Part shown: in pieces, positions 39,127 through 48,285 of the stretch
How the letters are laid out: each line of letters begins with the position of its first letter
Position numbering within the stretch: the first letter of the stretch is position 1
NCBI GenBank assembly: GCA_964487395.1
Contig: CAZAQH010000002.1
Location: 864 to 64,863 of the forward strand
Source of the DNA: an uncultured Lachnospiraceae bacterium
Lineage (GTDB): Bacteria; Bacillota; Clostridia; Lachnospirales; Lachnospiraceae
Direction: 5' to 3'
Length of the DNA: 64,000 bases
Program-made: the position numbers and the translations under genes
The notes under the pieces: model-generated
What the model saw: the letters and a program-made list of their open reading frames with translations, nothing else
What the model was told of the DNA's origin: nothing
The model's database searches: none

Positions 39127-41742
39127 TCAATATAGGAACCGCTCTCTGAATTCCTCCAACGTTTTTCTGATTTCTACTTCAAGTTCTCTTGATGATATCA
39201 ATTGGCAGCCCTGTCCGCGGATGATAATCTGTTCCAGTCCATCTGATGTTGCCACTGTAATATCATAATTTTTTGCATTTTCATGTGTAAAACGCTCAAT
39301 GTACTGGTCTGCTGTTTCTGCCTCTTTTGTATAAACAACATGAATATTCTGGTATGTTAATATTTCTGTTTTATGTCCTTGTATACGGTATGCATCAAAT
39401 ACTAAAATCAAATTACAACCTTTAATCGATTGGTAATTACTCAGTATGTCCATAAGTTGTCCGCGGGCACCATCAATATTAATGTCTGCCAATTCCTTTA
39501 ATTCTTTCCATGCAAATATAACATTATAGCCATCTACCAGCAGGTACTTATCCTTTTTGGGGCTTGGCTGGTAAACGCGTGTTGTAGAATCCGCTGTTCT
39601 GTTTTTTTCCGCTGCCGTTACTTTTCTTTTTGCTGAAATTCCTTTATGGGAAATAGGCTGACTTTTCTTATTGGCATAAAACGTTCTCTGTAAAATACTA
39701 TCTATTTCCTCTAAATCAATTGTCTGCTGTAAAGACGACATATCACGCATGCGTTCTCTTTTTTGTTTTTCCCTTATTGCCTGCTCCTCTAATGTCAGTT
39801 CTGAAGACTCATCATTTTCACTGCTGTTTTCTATTATACATGGCAAATGAGCATAATCCATTACCTGATCCCAGGGTACAATAACGCCTGCACCATGCGT
39901 ACAGAACACAGAGCCTGTCGGATTATCCAAATCCGCTTCCGGATCATAAGTAACACCTTCTAAAATTTCCTCTTCATTATGACAAGGTTCATAGCCTGCC
40001 ATAGAACAAGATAATTTTCCATGTCCCTTTGAATAGGATAGCACTTCTGTAATATATCCACGCATCGTAACAACCGGTGCTTTTCCTGTTAATGTCGTAA
40101 ACCCATCCGTGACGGATTCGATTGCAGAAGTCCCATACATTTTATCAATGTCATTCATGGCTCTTCCCACCATATTATCTGGTATCTCCAGGCGATATGC
40201 ATAAACCGGCTCTAATAATCTGACATATGCCTGCATTAGGCCCTGTCTGATTGCACGGTAAGTAGCCTGTCTAAAATCTCCGCCTTCTGTATGCTTCGTA
40301 TGTGCACGCCCGTTTATAAGAGTAATACGCATATCCGTAATCGGACTGCCTGTCAGTACTCCCATATGTTCTTTTTCTTTTAAATGTGTAAGAATCAGTC
40401 TCTGCCAATTTCTATCCAAAACATCCTCACTGCACTGTGTATCAAACTGCAACCCACTTCCAGGTTCACCCGGTTCCATTTTTAAATGTACCTCAGCATA
40501 ATGGCGAAGCGGTTCAAAATGTCCTACTCCCTCTACTGTATTACATATCGTTTCTTTATATAGAATATTACCCTCTGCAAAAGATATTTTTACACCAAAA
40601 CGTTCTAGAACCATGCGTTTGATGATTTCCGTCTGTACCTCACCCATAAGTTTAATATGAATTTCTTTTTCTGATTCTTTGTATGCAATCTGTAATTCCG
40701 GTATTTCCTCTTCTAATTGACGAAGCTTCGGTAAAAGCATCAAAACATCCATATCGTCTAAAATTTCAATCTTATAAGACAGGACGGGTTCTAAAATCGG
40801 ATTACCTGACTCCGGTTCCATGCCAAGTCCCTGTCCCGGATGTGTTTTTATCAGTCCTGTCAGTGCACAGACCATTCCTGCCATAACTTCCTGTACAATT
40901 TCAAATTTTTCTCCAGAGTATACACGTATCTGATTGACTTTTTCTTCGCCAATAATATCCTTTACTTTAAGCTTCCCACCAGTTATTTTTAAATAGGTCA
41001 GGCGGTTTCCCTGTTCATCCCTTGCAATTTTAAATACTTTGGCACCAAACTCATCAGAATACCGGATTACCTTACTATATCTGTCTATTCCCGTCAAAAA
41101 TTTCTCAACACCCGATACCTTTAAAGCAGATCCAAAATAACAAGGGAACAATTTACGTTTCCAAATCAATTCTTGTATCTCTTCGTCCGAAATCTTTCCA
41201 CTTTTCAAGAAATGGTCTAACACTTGTTCGTCACACATAGCAATATTTTCAAAAAGTACCGTTTCTTCCTGTTCCGTAAAATCTATACAGGAGCCCGCTA
41301 ACTGCTGATTGATTTTTTTTAATATTAATGTCTTATCTGTATCCGGCTGATCCATTTTATTAATAAAAAGAAATACCGGAATACGATATTTCTTTAATAA
41401 ATCCCATAAAGTTCTGGTATGACTCTGCACGCCATCCGTGGCACTTATTACCAAAATAGCAGCATCAAGCACCTGCAGAGTTCGTTCCATCTCCGCTGAA
41501 AAGTCAATATGACCCGGTGTATCTAATAATGTAATCCGTGTATTTGAGAAATTGAACATAGCCTGCTTGGAAAAAATGGTAATCCCACGTTCTCTTTCCA
41601 TTTCATTGTGGTCTAAAAAAGCATCTTTTGCATCAACTCTGCCCAATTTGCGAATTTCACCGCTGACATACAGCATTGCTTCTGATAATGTAGTTTTTCC
41701 GGCATCCACGCTTGCAAGTATACCTGCCACTAATTGATTCAT
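39127..41742 (-). CDS. fusion protein: Tet(M)/EF-G-like translational GTPase (aa 1 to about 640) plus YacP/Rae1-like NYN ribonuclease domain (aa 732-871, nt 39130-39549)
   Basis: Single 871-aa ORF. G1 is ASVDAGKTT, G3 is DTPGH and G4 is NKMD, and the protein is colinear with Tet(M) through domains II-V. After a charged linker, the C-terminus reads KYLLVDGYNVIFAW...LVFDAY...KEAETADQYIE...VATSDGLEQ, matching B. subtilis YacP as I recall it. Confidence 0.8.
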   Translation of the reverse strand: MNQLVAGILASVDAGKTTLSEAMLYVSGEIRKLGRVDAKDAFLDHNEMERERGITIFSKQAMFNFSNTRITLLDTPGHIDFSAEMERTLQVLDAAILVISATDGVQSHTRTLWDLLKKYRIPVFLFINKMDQPDTDKTLILKKINQQLAGSCIDFTEQEETVLFENIAMCDEQVLDHFLKSGKISDEEIQELIWKRKLFPCYFGSALKVSGVEKFLTGIDRYSKVIRYSDEFGAKVFKIARDEQGNRLTYLKITGGKLKVKDIIGEEKVNQIRVYSGEKFEIVQEVMAGMVCALTGLIKTHPGQGLGMEPESGNPILEPVLSYKIEILDDMDVLMLLPKLRQLEEEIPELQIAYKESEKEIHIKLMGEVQTEIIKRMVLERFGVKISFAEGNILYKETICNTVEGVGHFEPLRHYAEVHLKMEPGEPGSGLQFDTQCSEDVLDRNWQRLILTHLKEKEHMGVLTGSPITDMRITLINGRAHTKHTEGGDFRQATYRAIRQGLMQAYVRLLEPVYAYRLEIPDNMVGRAMNDIDKMYGTSAIESVTDGFTTLTGKAPVVTMRGYITEVLSYSKGHGKLSCSMAGYEPCHNEEEILEGVTYDPEADLDNPTGSVFCTHGAGVIVPWDQVMDYAHLPCIIENSSENDESSELTLEEQAIREKQKRERMRDMSSLQQTIDLEEIDSILQRTFYANKKSQPISHKGISAKRKVTAAEKNRTADSTTRVYQPSPKKDKYLLVDGYNVIFAWKELKELADINIDGARGQLMDILSNYQSIKGCNLILVFDAYRIQGHKTEILTYQNIHVVYTKEAETADQYIERFTHENAKNYDITVATSDGLEQIIIRGQGCQLISSRELEVEIRKTLEEFRERFLY

Positions 41743-41868
41743 AGTCTTCTCTTTCTATATCTTAATCTTATCCTAGTGTATCATACTTTATTTTTATATA
41801 GTAAATATTTTATTACATTTTACATATAACTATTTTCGTATTAAAATGCCAATGGAGGGAGTATAAAC

Positions 41869-42456
41869 ATGAATACAAAAAAAGATAAAAAAATATTATG
41901 GACTTTATTCCGTTCTATGTTTATATTAAGTGCCTGCACCTTTGGCGGAGGTTTTGTAATTGTTTCTTTAATGAAGAAAAGATTTGTGGAAGAATTAAAC
42001 TGGATGGACGAAGATGAGATGTTAGATATTACAGCTATTACACAATCCTCCCCCGGACCGCTTCCAGTAAATGCCTCTGTTATTATTGGATATCGTATGT
42101 ATGGCGTAGTGGGTTCTTTGGTTGCAATTTTAGGAACCATTCTTCCACCTATGATTATTATTTCAATTATTTTCGTTTTCTATAATGAGTTTCGCACTAA
42201 CCGTTATATTGCCATTGCCCTGCAGGTTATGCGTGCCGGTGTTGCGGCTGTTATTTTTGATGTGACCATTAATCTTGCAAAAAATGTATGTAAAACACGG
42301 CGTGTTTTATACATTGCCATGATGGTTATATCCTTTGTTTGTGTCGTATTCTTTTCGGTCAGTGCAATGTATATCATTTTAAGTTGTCTGCTTATCGGCA
42401 TTATTGATCTTCTCTTTAGTCTTAGAAAAGAGAAAGGAGGTAACTCCTCATGTTGA
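41869..42456 (+). CDS. chrA: chromate transporter family protein (short-chain CHR, first half)
   Basis: 195 aa with the CTFGGGFV motif; paired with and overlapping the next gene. Confidence 0.8.
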   Translation: MNTKKDKKILWTLFRSMFILSACTFGGGFVIVSLMKKRFVEELNWMDEDEMLDITAITQSSPGPLPVNASVIIGYRMYGVVGSLVAILGTILPPMIIISIIFVFYNEFRTNRYIAIALQVMRAGVAAVIFDVTINLAKNVCKTRRVLYIAMMVISFVCVVFFSVSAMYIILSCLLIGIIDLLFSLRKEKGGNSSC

Positions 42457-43013
42457 TTCTTCAATTATTTTTAAGTTTTATACAGGTCGGTTTATTCAGC
42501 ATTGGTGGTGGATATGCCGCCATTCCTCTTATACAGGATCAGATAGTAAATAAGCATGAGTTGCTTACTCTTGCAGAGTTTAGTGACTTAATTACGATAG
42601 CTGAAATGACACCAGGACCCATTTCCATTAACTCCTCTACCTTTGTTGGTATGCGTCTATCCGGTCCATTTGGTGCCGTCATATGTACATTAGGCTGTAT
42701 TATTCCGTCCTTTATTATATGCCTGACGCTCGCTCATTTTTATTATAAATACCGCAATTTTGCCGGAGTACAGAAGTTACTTGCCTCTCTGCGTCCTGCC
42801 GTTGTTGCGTTAATCGGTTCTGCCGGACTCTCCATTTTATTATTAGGATTATTTCAATCTGATTTATGGCACGTAAAATTAGACAATTTTCATGTGATTG
42901 AAGGTATTTTATTTGCCGGATGCTTATTTATATTACGGAAATGGAAAGCAAACGCCATTTCCATTATCTTAGGAAGTGGCGTTGTCGGTACTGTTCTTTA
43001 TTTGATTTTTTAG
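42450..43013 (+). CDS. chrA: chromate transporter family protein (short-chain CHR, second half)
   Basis: 187 aa with the SIGGGYAAIP motif. It overlaps the previous gene by 7 nt, the typical split-CHR pair. Confidence 0.8.
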   Translation: MLILQLFLSFIQVGLFSIGGGYAAIPLIQDQIVNKHELLTLAEFSDLITIAEMTPGPISINSSTFVGMRLSGPFGAVICTLGCIIPSFIICLTLAHFYYKYRNFAGVQKLLASLRPAVVALIGSAGLSILLLGLFQSDLWHVKLDNFHVIEGILFAGCLFILRKWKANAISIILGSGVVGTVLYLIF

Positions 43014-43684
43014 AATCTTACTTCTTCATCATGCGATAATAGAGATAATTGTTGGATGTAGGACTTCGCTGATAGTTGCTCTAATAATTCCTGCTCCTGT
43101 TTGGTATGTATTTCTAAAATAATATCGCAACCTGTCTTTTTTCTATTTCTTGACATTATTTTAAAATGCTTGGAATACGTTTTGATATTCTGTATAATCT
43201 CATCTTCATTTATATTTGTATCACAGTTTAAAACAAGCAAATATGGTTTTTTCGTTTCCGGTAAATATTCTAAAACAAATATTCCAATTGTCACCATCAA
43301 TGCGACTATAAGAGCAATTTCAAATAATCCGGCTCCACAGATTATTCCTGTTCCGATTGACCAAAATAAAAACAGTAAATCCATAGGGTCTTTTATTGCT
43401 GTTCTAAAACGTACAATAGAAAGTGCACCAACCATACCAAGTGATATTACAATGCTTGATTGCATTGCGACAATAATACCTGCTGTAATTACTGCAATAA
43501 TCGCCATTGATACATGAAAGCTTTTATTATAAAAAGCACTTCTTGTAACAAGTTTGTAGATGAAATAAATATACAACGCAATTAAAAATGTAACTCCAAG
43601 TGTTAAAATAATCTGAATTGTTGAAATATCTGTGTTTGAAAATCCCTCTAAAACTGATTTTTTTATCGTATCTGTAATTGACAT
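43010..43684 (-). CDS. DUF4956 family membrane protein
   Basis: 224 aa with about four TM helices, the family-typical block LSIVRFRTAIKDPMDLLFLFWSIG, and a C-terminal soluble domain of about 80 aa. Confidence 0.75.
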   Translation of the reverse strand: MSITDTIKKSVLEGFSNTDISTIQIILTLGVTFLIALYIYFIYKLVTRSAFYNKSFHVSMAIIAVITAGIIVAMQSSIVISLGMVGALSIVRFRTAIKDPMDLLFLFWSIGTGIICGAGLFEIALIVALMVTIGIFVLEYLPETKKPYLLVLNCDTNINEDEIIQNIKTYSKHFKIMSRNRKKTGCDIILEIHTKQEQELLEQLSAKSYIQQLSLLSHDEEVRF

Positions 43685-43696
43685 ATAAGTGACTCC

Positions 43697-44380
43697 CTAT
43701 TCTATATTTTGATTAACTCTTGCATAATAATATTTTGAATATGATGTTCTCTGTAAGGTTCCTGTATTTAAGATTTTTCTGATATAATCCGGCAGAAATT
43801 CATCATATTTTACCTCAAGTATATGCTGACCGGAAGGTAAAACCGGAATACCAGGAAGTACCTCGTCCCAAAAAGTCTCTGCCTCACAGGTTCCGCTTAT
43901 ATTCTTATCAAATGTAATTCGTACATTGCCCATTGGTTCTACAAAAGCAGTTCTCTCATATTCCACAATACACTTTGGCGATAACATACGCGTAGATGCC
44001 TGAACATACAATTTCTTTTTTAAAAATCCATCTTCCTTATTCATATCCGGAATTTCTCCACGAATATATTTCATACAGTCATCTAATGAAATTCTCTCGG
44101 ATCTTTTACTTGTGTATCCACGTGTTTTGCTTTTCTGTTCAAGTTGAATCAGCGACTTATCATTATTATAAGTTCGTATTCGAAACTTTTCACGTTCATC
44201 AGTACCTATTTCATTATCACAAAGACACGAATCGCACATGTCATCAAAGTAAACACTTCGAATTAAATAGGCATCTTCTTCTATATGTGAATCGTGTTTC
44301 ATGTAACTTTGCAGTTCTGATTGCAAACACACTATCTGTGCATCTGTCACTATGTATTTATCTTCTACACGATATTCCAT
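43697..44380 (-). CDS. VTC-domain (polyphosphate polymerase / triphosphate-tunnel) protein
   Basis: 227 aa with no TM or signal segment. N-terminal tunnel-type motif (YRVEDKY) and alternating basic/acidic beta-strand motifs (FRIRTY, ILEVKY) as in the VTC/CYTH fold. Confidence 0.7.
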   Translation of the reverse strand: MEYRVEDKYIVTDAQIVCLQSELQSYMKHDSHIEEDAYLIRSVYFDDMCDSCLCDNEIGTDEREKFRIRTYNNDKSLIQLEQKSKTRGYTSKRSERISLDDCMKYIRGEIPDMNKEDGFLKKKLYVQASTRMLSPKCIVEYERTAFVEPMGNVRITFDKNISGTCEAETFWDEVLPGIPVLPSGQHILEVKYDEFLPDYIRKILNTGTLQRTSYSKYYYARVNQNIE

Positions 44381-44409
44381 GCATTTCTCCTATATTTATT
44401 TTCTGATAA

Positions 44410-46257
44410 CTACGGCTGCTTGTAAACAAATACTGTTTCTTCTTTTATCAGTAAATTCTCCGTTGTCTGTTGTCCCGTAATTTCCTCACACCATATACTA
44501 TCAGAGACATCCTGCACAACAGGTAACTCACCTATGGCTTTTCCATCTTCTATGTAACGCACCTCATATACAAAATCATCTTTCATGAACTTAACAATAT
44601 GATGTTCCTGGTCGTCTATCCACACTGAATCAAGAAATTGCTTTCTTTTTTCTATGAAATCCGTAAGTTCTTTAAAACTTGTCTCTCTGTCTGTAAAATA
44701 AGGATTGCTCTCATACTCTTCCTGCCATCTGATATAATCCATATCGGCAGATTTATTTAGCATCTCTTTATAATAATTAATTTCCTCTGTCGACTGCTTC
44801 ATAAGATATGGAGCCACTCTATCCTCGTAATAGTCTATGATTAAATCATAAAATTCTTCTTTTTCGTATAATGCATCAAACCAGTTCGTAGAAAAATCAT
44901 GTACGGATAATTTACTGATGCCTTCCGGATCAGAGGAAAAATATTCCATCCATTCAAGATAATTGCCAAAAGTCATATCAAAGTCCCAGCCGGGGCCTGC
45001 AAATATATGTCCGTTTATTGTATCCGAATCCTTGTAAAAAAAAGAACTCGAAACACCTGCATCATAATTTTTACTTACTTCTTCAGTTAGATATTTTTTA
45101 ACAAAAGATTCTATATCTATGTATTCTGTATATTTTTTCCCTGTAGCAGAATTAATTCCGTCTTCTGCTAATATGGCTTCTTCCACTTCATTACAATATC
45201 CTGAAATATAATCAATCTGTTCCACGGAACAAAATCCCGGCGATTTTACAATGAAATGTTCACTATGATTTGTCACAAAACTACTTGGAGTTTCTTCATA
45301 TTCCAGATGATAACGATCTCCAAATTCACGCTCTATTAAATAGCCACCGGTAATATCACTTGGCAAAACATCCAGAACTTTAGCTTTTTTATTACCTGTT
45401 TTATAAGTTGCAAATGAATTGTAATCATATTTATTATAGATTTGGTTCATCTGCTCTTCTAAGTTAGTAATCGCAATCCGCTGTGGTCCAATCTCAATTT
45501 GGTCACAGAGATAATAATTACCCTGATATTCACCATTTATATACAAATCTACAAATTGCCCTCTGCCTGTATGTAAAACACCTAACTCTTCTTCCATTCC
45601 TTTTACAATATCATTACGAATCAAGGTTGGGTCCGATGCATTAGCTACCAGAACATAATCTTTTCCTACCGGCAGTCCAAGCAGGGAATGCTCTGTTTTG
45701 ATAGAAATAGTGAAGGGTTTTTTCTCATAATTATTCCAGGAATAATTGCCTCTACCCTTAATAAAATCAAGTCCTGTATTATAGTCAGTCTCACCTTCAG
45801 CGGTCTTTACACTAATCTTTCCATTTTCTTTATTATTCTTGTCGGCAAGAATATTCGTAAGGCCACCGGAATCCGTTGTAATAAACACAGATGGTAGATT
45901 TTCGGACTTCATAATATATAAAACAAAGGATGTTCCATCTTTTTTAAATGTACAATTTATCTCTTTATTTATTGGCAGATTAGCAAGCGACGTTTTATGT
46001 TTAATTAATTCACCACGATCCGTTATCGTAAATTTGTCCGAATAATTGGTTAAATGCATATCTGCTAACTCTGCATATGAAGGCAAAAATAAATAATATG
46101 TACCGTCTTTTTCCCATGTATCTATTGTCTCGTCCTTAATTGAGAAATAAAGAGTCTTTTGACCGGAGGCCAGACTATCACGATTATCGACCATTATTAT
46201 TACAATAAGCCCGATAACGGATAGAAGAATTAAAAAACCTTTAAAAATATTTCGCAT
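44410..46257 (-). CDS. CotH kinase family protein with an N-terminal signal anchor
   Basis: 615 aa. N-terminus MRNIFKGFLILLSVIGLIVIIMV, then a CotH-like core (KGRGNYSWNNYEKKPFTISI, LRNDIV, YINGEYQGNYYLCDQIE, WDFDMTFGN). Confidence 0.75.
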   Translation of the reverse strand: MRNIFKGFLILLSVIGLIVIIMVDNRDSLASGQKTLYFSIKDETIDTWEKDGTYYLFLPSYAELADMHLTNYSDKFTITDRGELIKHKTSLANLPINKEINCTFKKDGTSFVLYIMKSENLPSVFITTDSGGLTNILADKNNKENGKISVKTAEGETDYNTGLDFIKGRGNYSWNNYEKKPFTISIKTEHSLLGLPVGKDYVLVANASDPTLIRNDIVKGMEEELGVLHTGRGQFVDLYINGEYQGNYYLCDQIEIGPQRIAITNLEEQMNQIYNKYDYNSFATYKTGNKKAKVLDVLPSDITGGYLIEREFGDRYHLEYEETPSSFVTNHSEHFIVKSPGFCSVEQIDYISGYCNEVEEAILAEDGINSATGKKYTEYIDIESFVKKYLTEEVSKNYDAGVSSSFFYKDSDTINGHIFAGPGWDFDMTFGNYLEWMEYFSSDPEGISKLSVHDFSTNWFDALYEKEEFYDLIIDYYEDRVAPYLMKQSTEEINYYKEMLNKSADMDYIRWQEEYESNPYFTDRETSFKELTDFIEKRKQFLDSVWIDDQEHHIVKFMKDDFVYEVRYIEDGKAIGELPVVQDVSDSIWCEEITGQQTTENLLIKEETVFVYKQP

Positions 46258-46275
46258 TCGTATCCTTATCTTTCG

Positions 46276-46578
46276 TTAGTTTTCGTAATCCATACACATT
46301 CTGGTAGCCATATTGGGTCTCACAACGGTAGTTGCCACTTCAACATGCAGCGGATTTACTGTATAAGCATTAAGCGAAGCTTCATCTGTAAATGTAGAAT
46401 CTAACATCAGGTCAGCATTAGATGTTGGCAGCATTTCAATTTGTACATGAATTTTCTGCAGTCCGTCAATTTTTCCCATAAGACCTTCTAATCCCTGTTT
46501 TACATTCTGTTTGATTATCTTTTTTTCTTCTTCTGTCTTATCTTCTTTAATTTTCCATAGAATAATATGATGTACCAT
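46276..46578 (-). CDS. Dabb (stress-responsive alpha/beta barrel) family protein
   Basis: 100 aa. Begins MVHHIILWKIKED, with a HVEV motif near the C-terminus, as in Dabb domains. Confidence 0.7.
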   Translation of the reverse strand: MVHHIILWKIKEDKTEEEKKIIKQNVKQGLEGLMGKIDGLQKIHVQIEMLPTSNADLMLDSTFTDEASLNAYTVNPLHVEVATTVVRPNMATRMCMDYEN

Positions 46579-46589
46579 TTATGTCTCCT

Positions 46590-47507
46590 TTATTTTAAAA
46601 ATCCATTTACAATTTGTTCTTCTGCTTCTGCTTCTGTCAAACCAAGTGTCATAAGTTTAATCAACTGTTCGCCTGCAATTTTGCCAATTGCAGCTTCATG
46701 AATCAGACTGGCATCCACATTATTGGCTGTAAGTTCCGGAATTGCCGTTACACTTGCACTATCCATTATAATGGCATCACATTCCGTATGTCCATTACAT
46801 TCATTATTTCCATTTATGACTGATAAAAATTTCTGATGTGAATTGTTCTTGGCAACGGATCTTGAAACAACATTGGCACTGCATCCCTCTCCATCCATAT
46901 CAACCGTAAAATCAGTTTCTGCATACTGATTGCCATGTGTCATTATTTTTTCATGGATAATCAAAGTGGCATGATCTCCTAACTGTCCTTTTGTAATACG
47001 CTTAGTGGAATCGATACCCTTAATCTGAGCCGTCTCCATTTCCATGTAAGCGCCTTCTTTTAAATTGACAATAGTAGTAGGATTCATAAGATTTTGTCCA
47101 TTACCATCGCCTTCTCCATAATGCTTTTCGATATATTTTACCTTGGCATTTTTTTCAAGAAAAAAACTGTGAATTCCATCATGCCCCGAATCCTGGTCAC
47201 CACAATTGTGAATGCCACATCCTGCTACAATCGTAACATCCGCATTTTCTCCAATGTAAAAATCGTTGTATACCAAATCATTTAATCCCGTCTCGCTGAT
47301 AATAACCGGAATATGAACGCTTTCATTTTTAGTACCCGGTGCGATAATAATATCAATACCCGGTTTATCTTCCTTGGTTACAATATTTATATTAGCTGTC
47401 GTATTACGACTGTTCAATTTTCCATTTTCACGAATATTATATGCTCCGGTCGGCACTCCATGGATATCCGCTATTTCTTCTAATAGATTTTTCTGTATTG
47501 CATCCAT
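46590..47507 (-). CDS. short SufB/SufD-family Fe-S assembly scaffold protein
   Basis: 305 aa. Beta-helix core and the C-terminal block LIHEAAIGKIAGEQLIKLMTLGLTEAEAEEQIVNGF, typical of SufB/SufD. Confidence 0.8.
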   Translation of the reverse strand: MDAIQKNLLEEIADIHGVPTGAYNIRENGKLNSRNTTANINIVTKEDKPGIDIIIAPGTKNESVHIPVIISETGLNDLVYNDFYIGENADVTIVAGCGIHNCGDQDSGHDGIHSFFLEKNAKVKYIEKHYGEGDGNGQNLMNPTTIVNLKEGAYMEMETAQIKGIDSTKRITKGQLGDHATLIIHEKIMTHGNQYAETDFTVDMDGEGCSANVVSRSVAKNNSHQKFLSVINGNNECNGHTECDAIIMDSASVTAIPELTANNVDASLIHEAAIGKIAGEQLIKLMTLGLTEAEAEEQIVNGFLK

Positions 47508-47524
47508 AGTTATTCCTCTTTCTA

Positions 47525-48268
47525 TTAATTGTTCTTATCTAACAATACGTCACAAGTACTGCCACCTGCTGTTGCCAGCAATTTGGGGAGAATTTCTTCT
47601 TTTGTTCCTATCCCATCAACTTTACCATCTGCAATAATGATGACTTTATCTGCTATATTTAATATTCTTTCCTGATGAGAAATAATAAGAATAGAGCCAT
47701 TTATTTTATCATGCATTTTTTCAAACACATTAATCAGGCTGTTAAAGCTCCATAAATCAATTCCTGCCTCAGGCTCGTCAAAAATAGAAAATTTAGTCCC
47801 TCTTGCTATAATCATAGCAATCTCTATTCTCTTTAATTCGCCACCCGAAAGACTTGCGTTCACTTCTCGATTAATATAATCCCTTGCACAAAGTCCGACT
47901 TCTGACAAAATATTGCAGGCTTCTTTTACACTGGTACTCTTGCCAGCTGCCAAAGTGAGTAAATCCTTAACTGTCAGTCCTTTAAAACGAACCGGCTGCT
48001 GAAATGCATAACTGATTCCCTTCTGTGCACGTTGCGTAATGGATAAATCCGTAATGTCTTCTCCATCCAGTAAAATTGTTCCTGAAGTCGGTTTGATAAT
48101 ACCTGCCACAATCTTGGCAAGTGTTGATTTACCGCCGCCATTAGGACCTGTTATTGCGACAAAACGTTCATCTATTTTCAGATTAACATCTTTTAGTATT
48201 CCTTTATTTTCCAGAACACTTTTTGTTTCATCCTGTACTTCGTACCAAATATTTTGTAACTCCAGCAT
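47525..48268 (-). CDS. sufC: Fe-S cluster assembly ATPase SufC
   Basis: 247 aa with Walker A GPNGGGKST, signature LSGGELKR and Walker B IFDEPEAGID. Confidence 0.85.
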   Translation of the reverse strand: MLELQNIWYEVQDETKSVLENKGILKDVNLKIDERFVAITGPNGGGKSTLAKIVAGIIKPTSGTILLDGEDITDLSITQRAQKGISYAFQQPVRFKGLTVKDLLTLAAGKSTSVKEACNILSEVGLCARDYINREVNASLSGGELKRIEIAMIIARGTKFSIFDEPEAGIDLWSFNSLINVFEKMHDKINGSILIISHQERILNIADKVIIIADGKVDGIGTKEEILPKLLATAGGSTCDVLLDKNN

Positions 48269-48285
48269 TATTCTGCCTCCATTTC

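Noticed and set aside
39127-41742. The Tet(M)-like ORF as an acquired tetracycline-resistance gene on a conjugative transposon.
   Set aside because: No integrase, transposase, relaxase or leader-peptide features flank it. The neighbours are chromosomal ion transporters. The protein is diverged from Tet(M) and carries an extra NYN domain. Resistance cannot be excluded without testing.
41841-42140. A 99-aa minus-strand ORF upstream of the GTPase-NYN gene.
   Set aside because: It is antisense to the first chromate-transporter gene, which has the family FGGG motif and a GGAGGGAG RBS.
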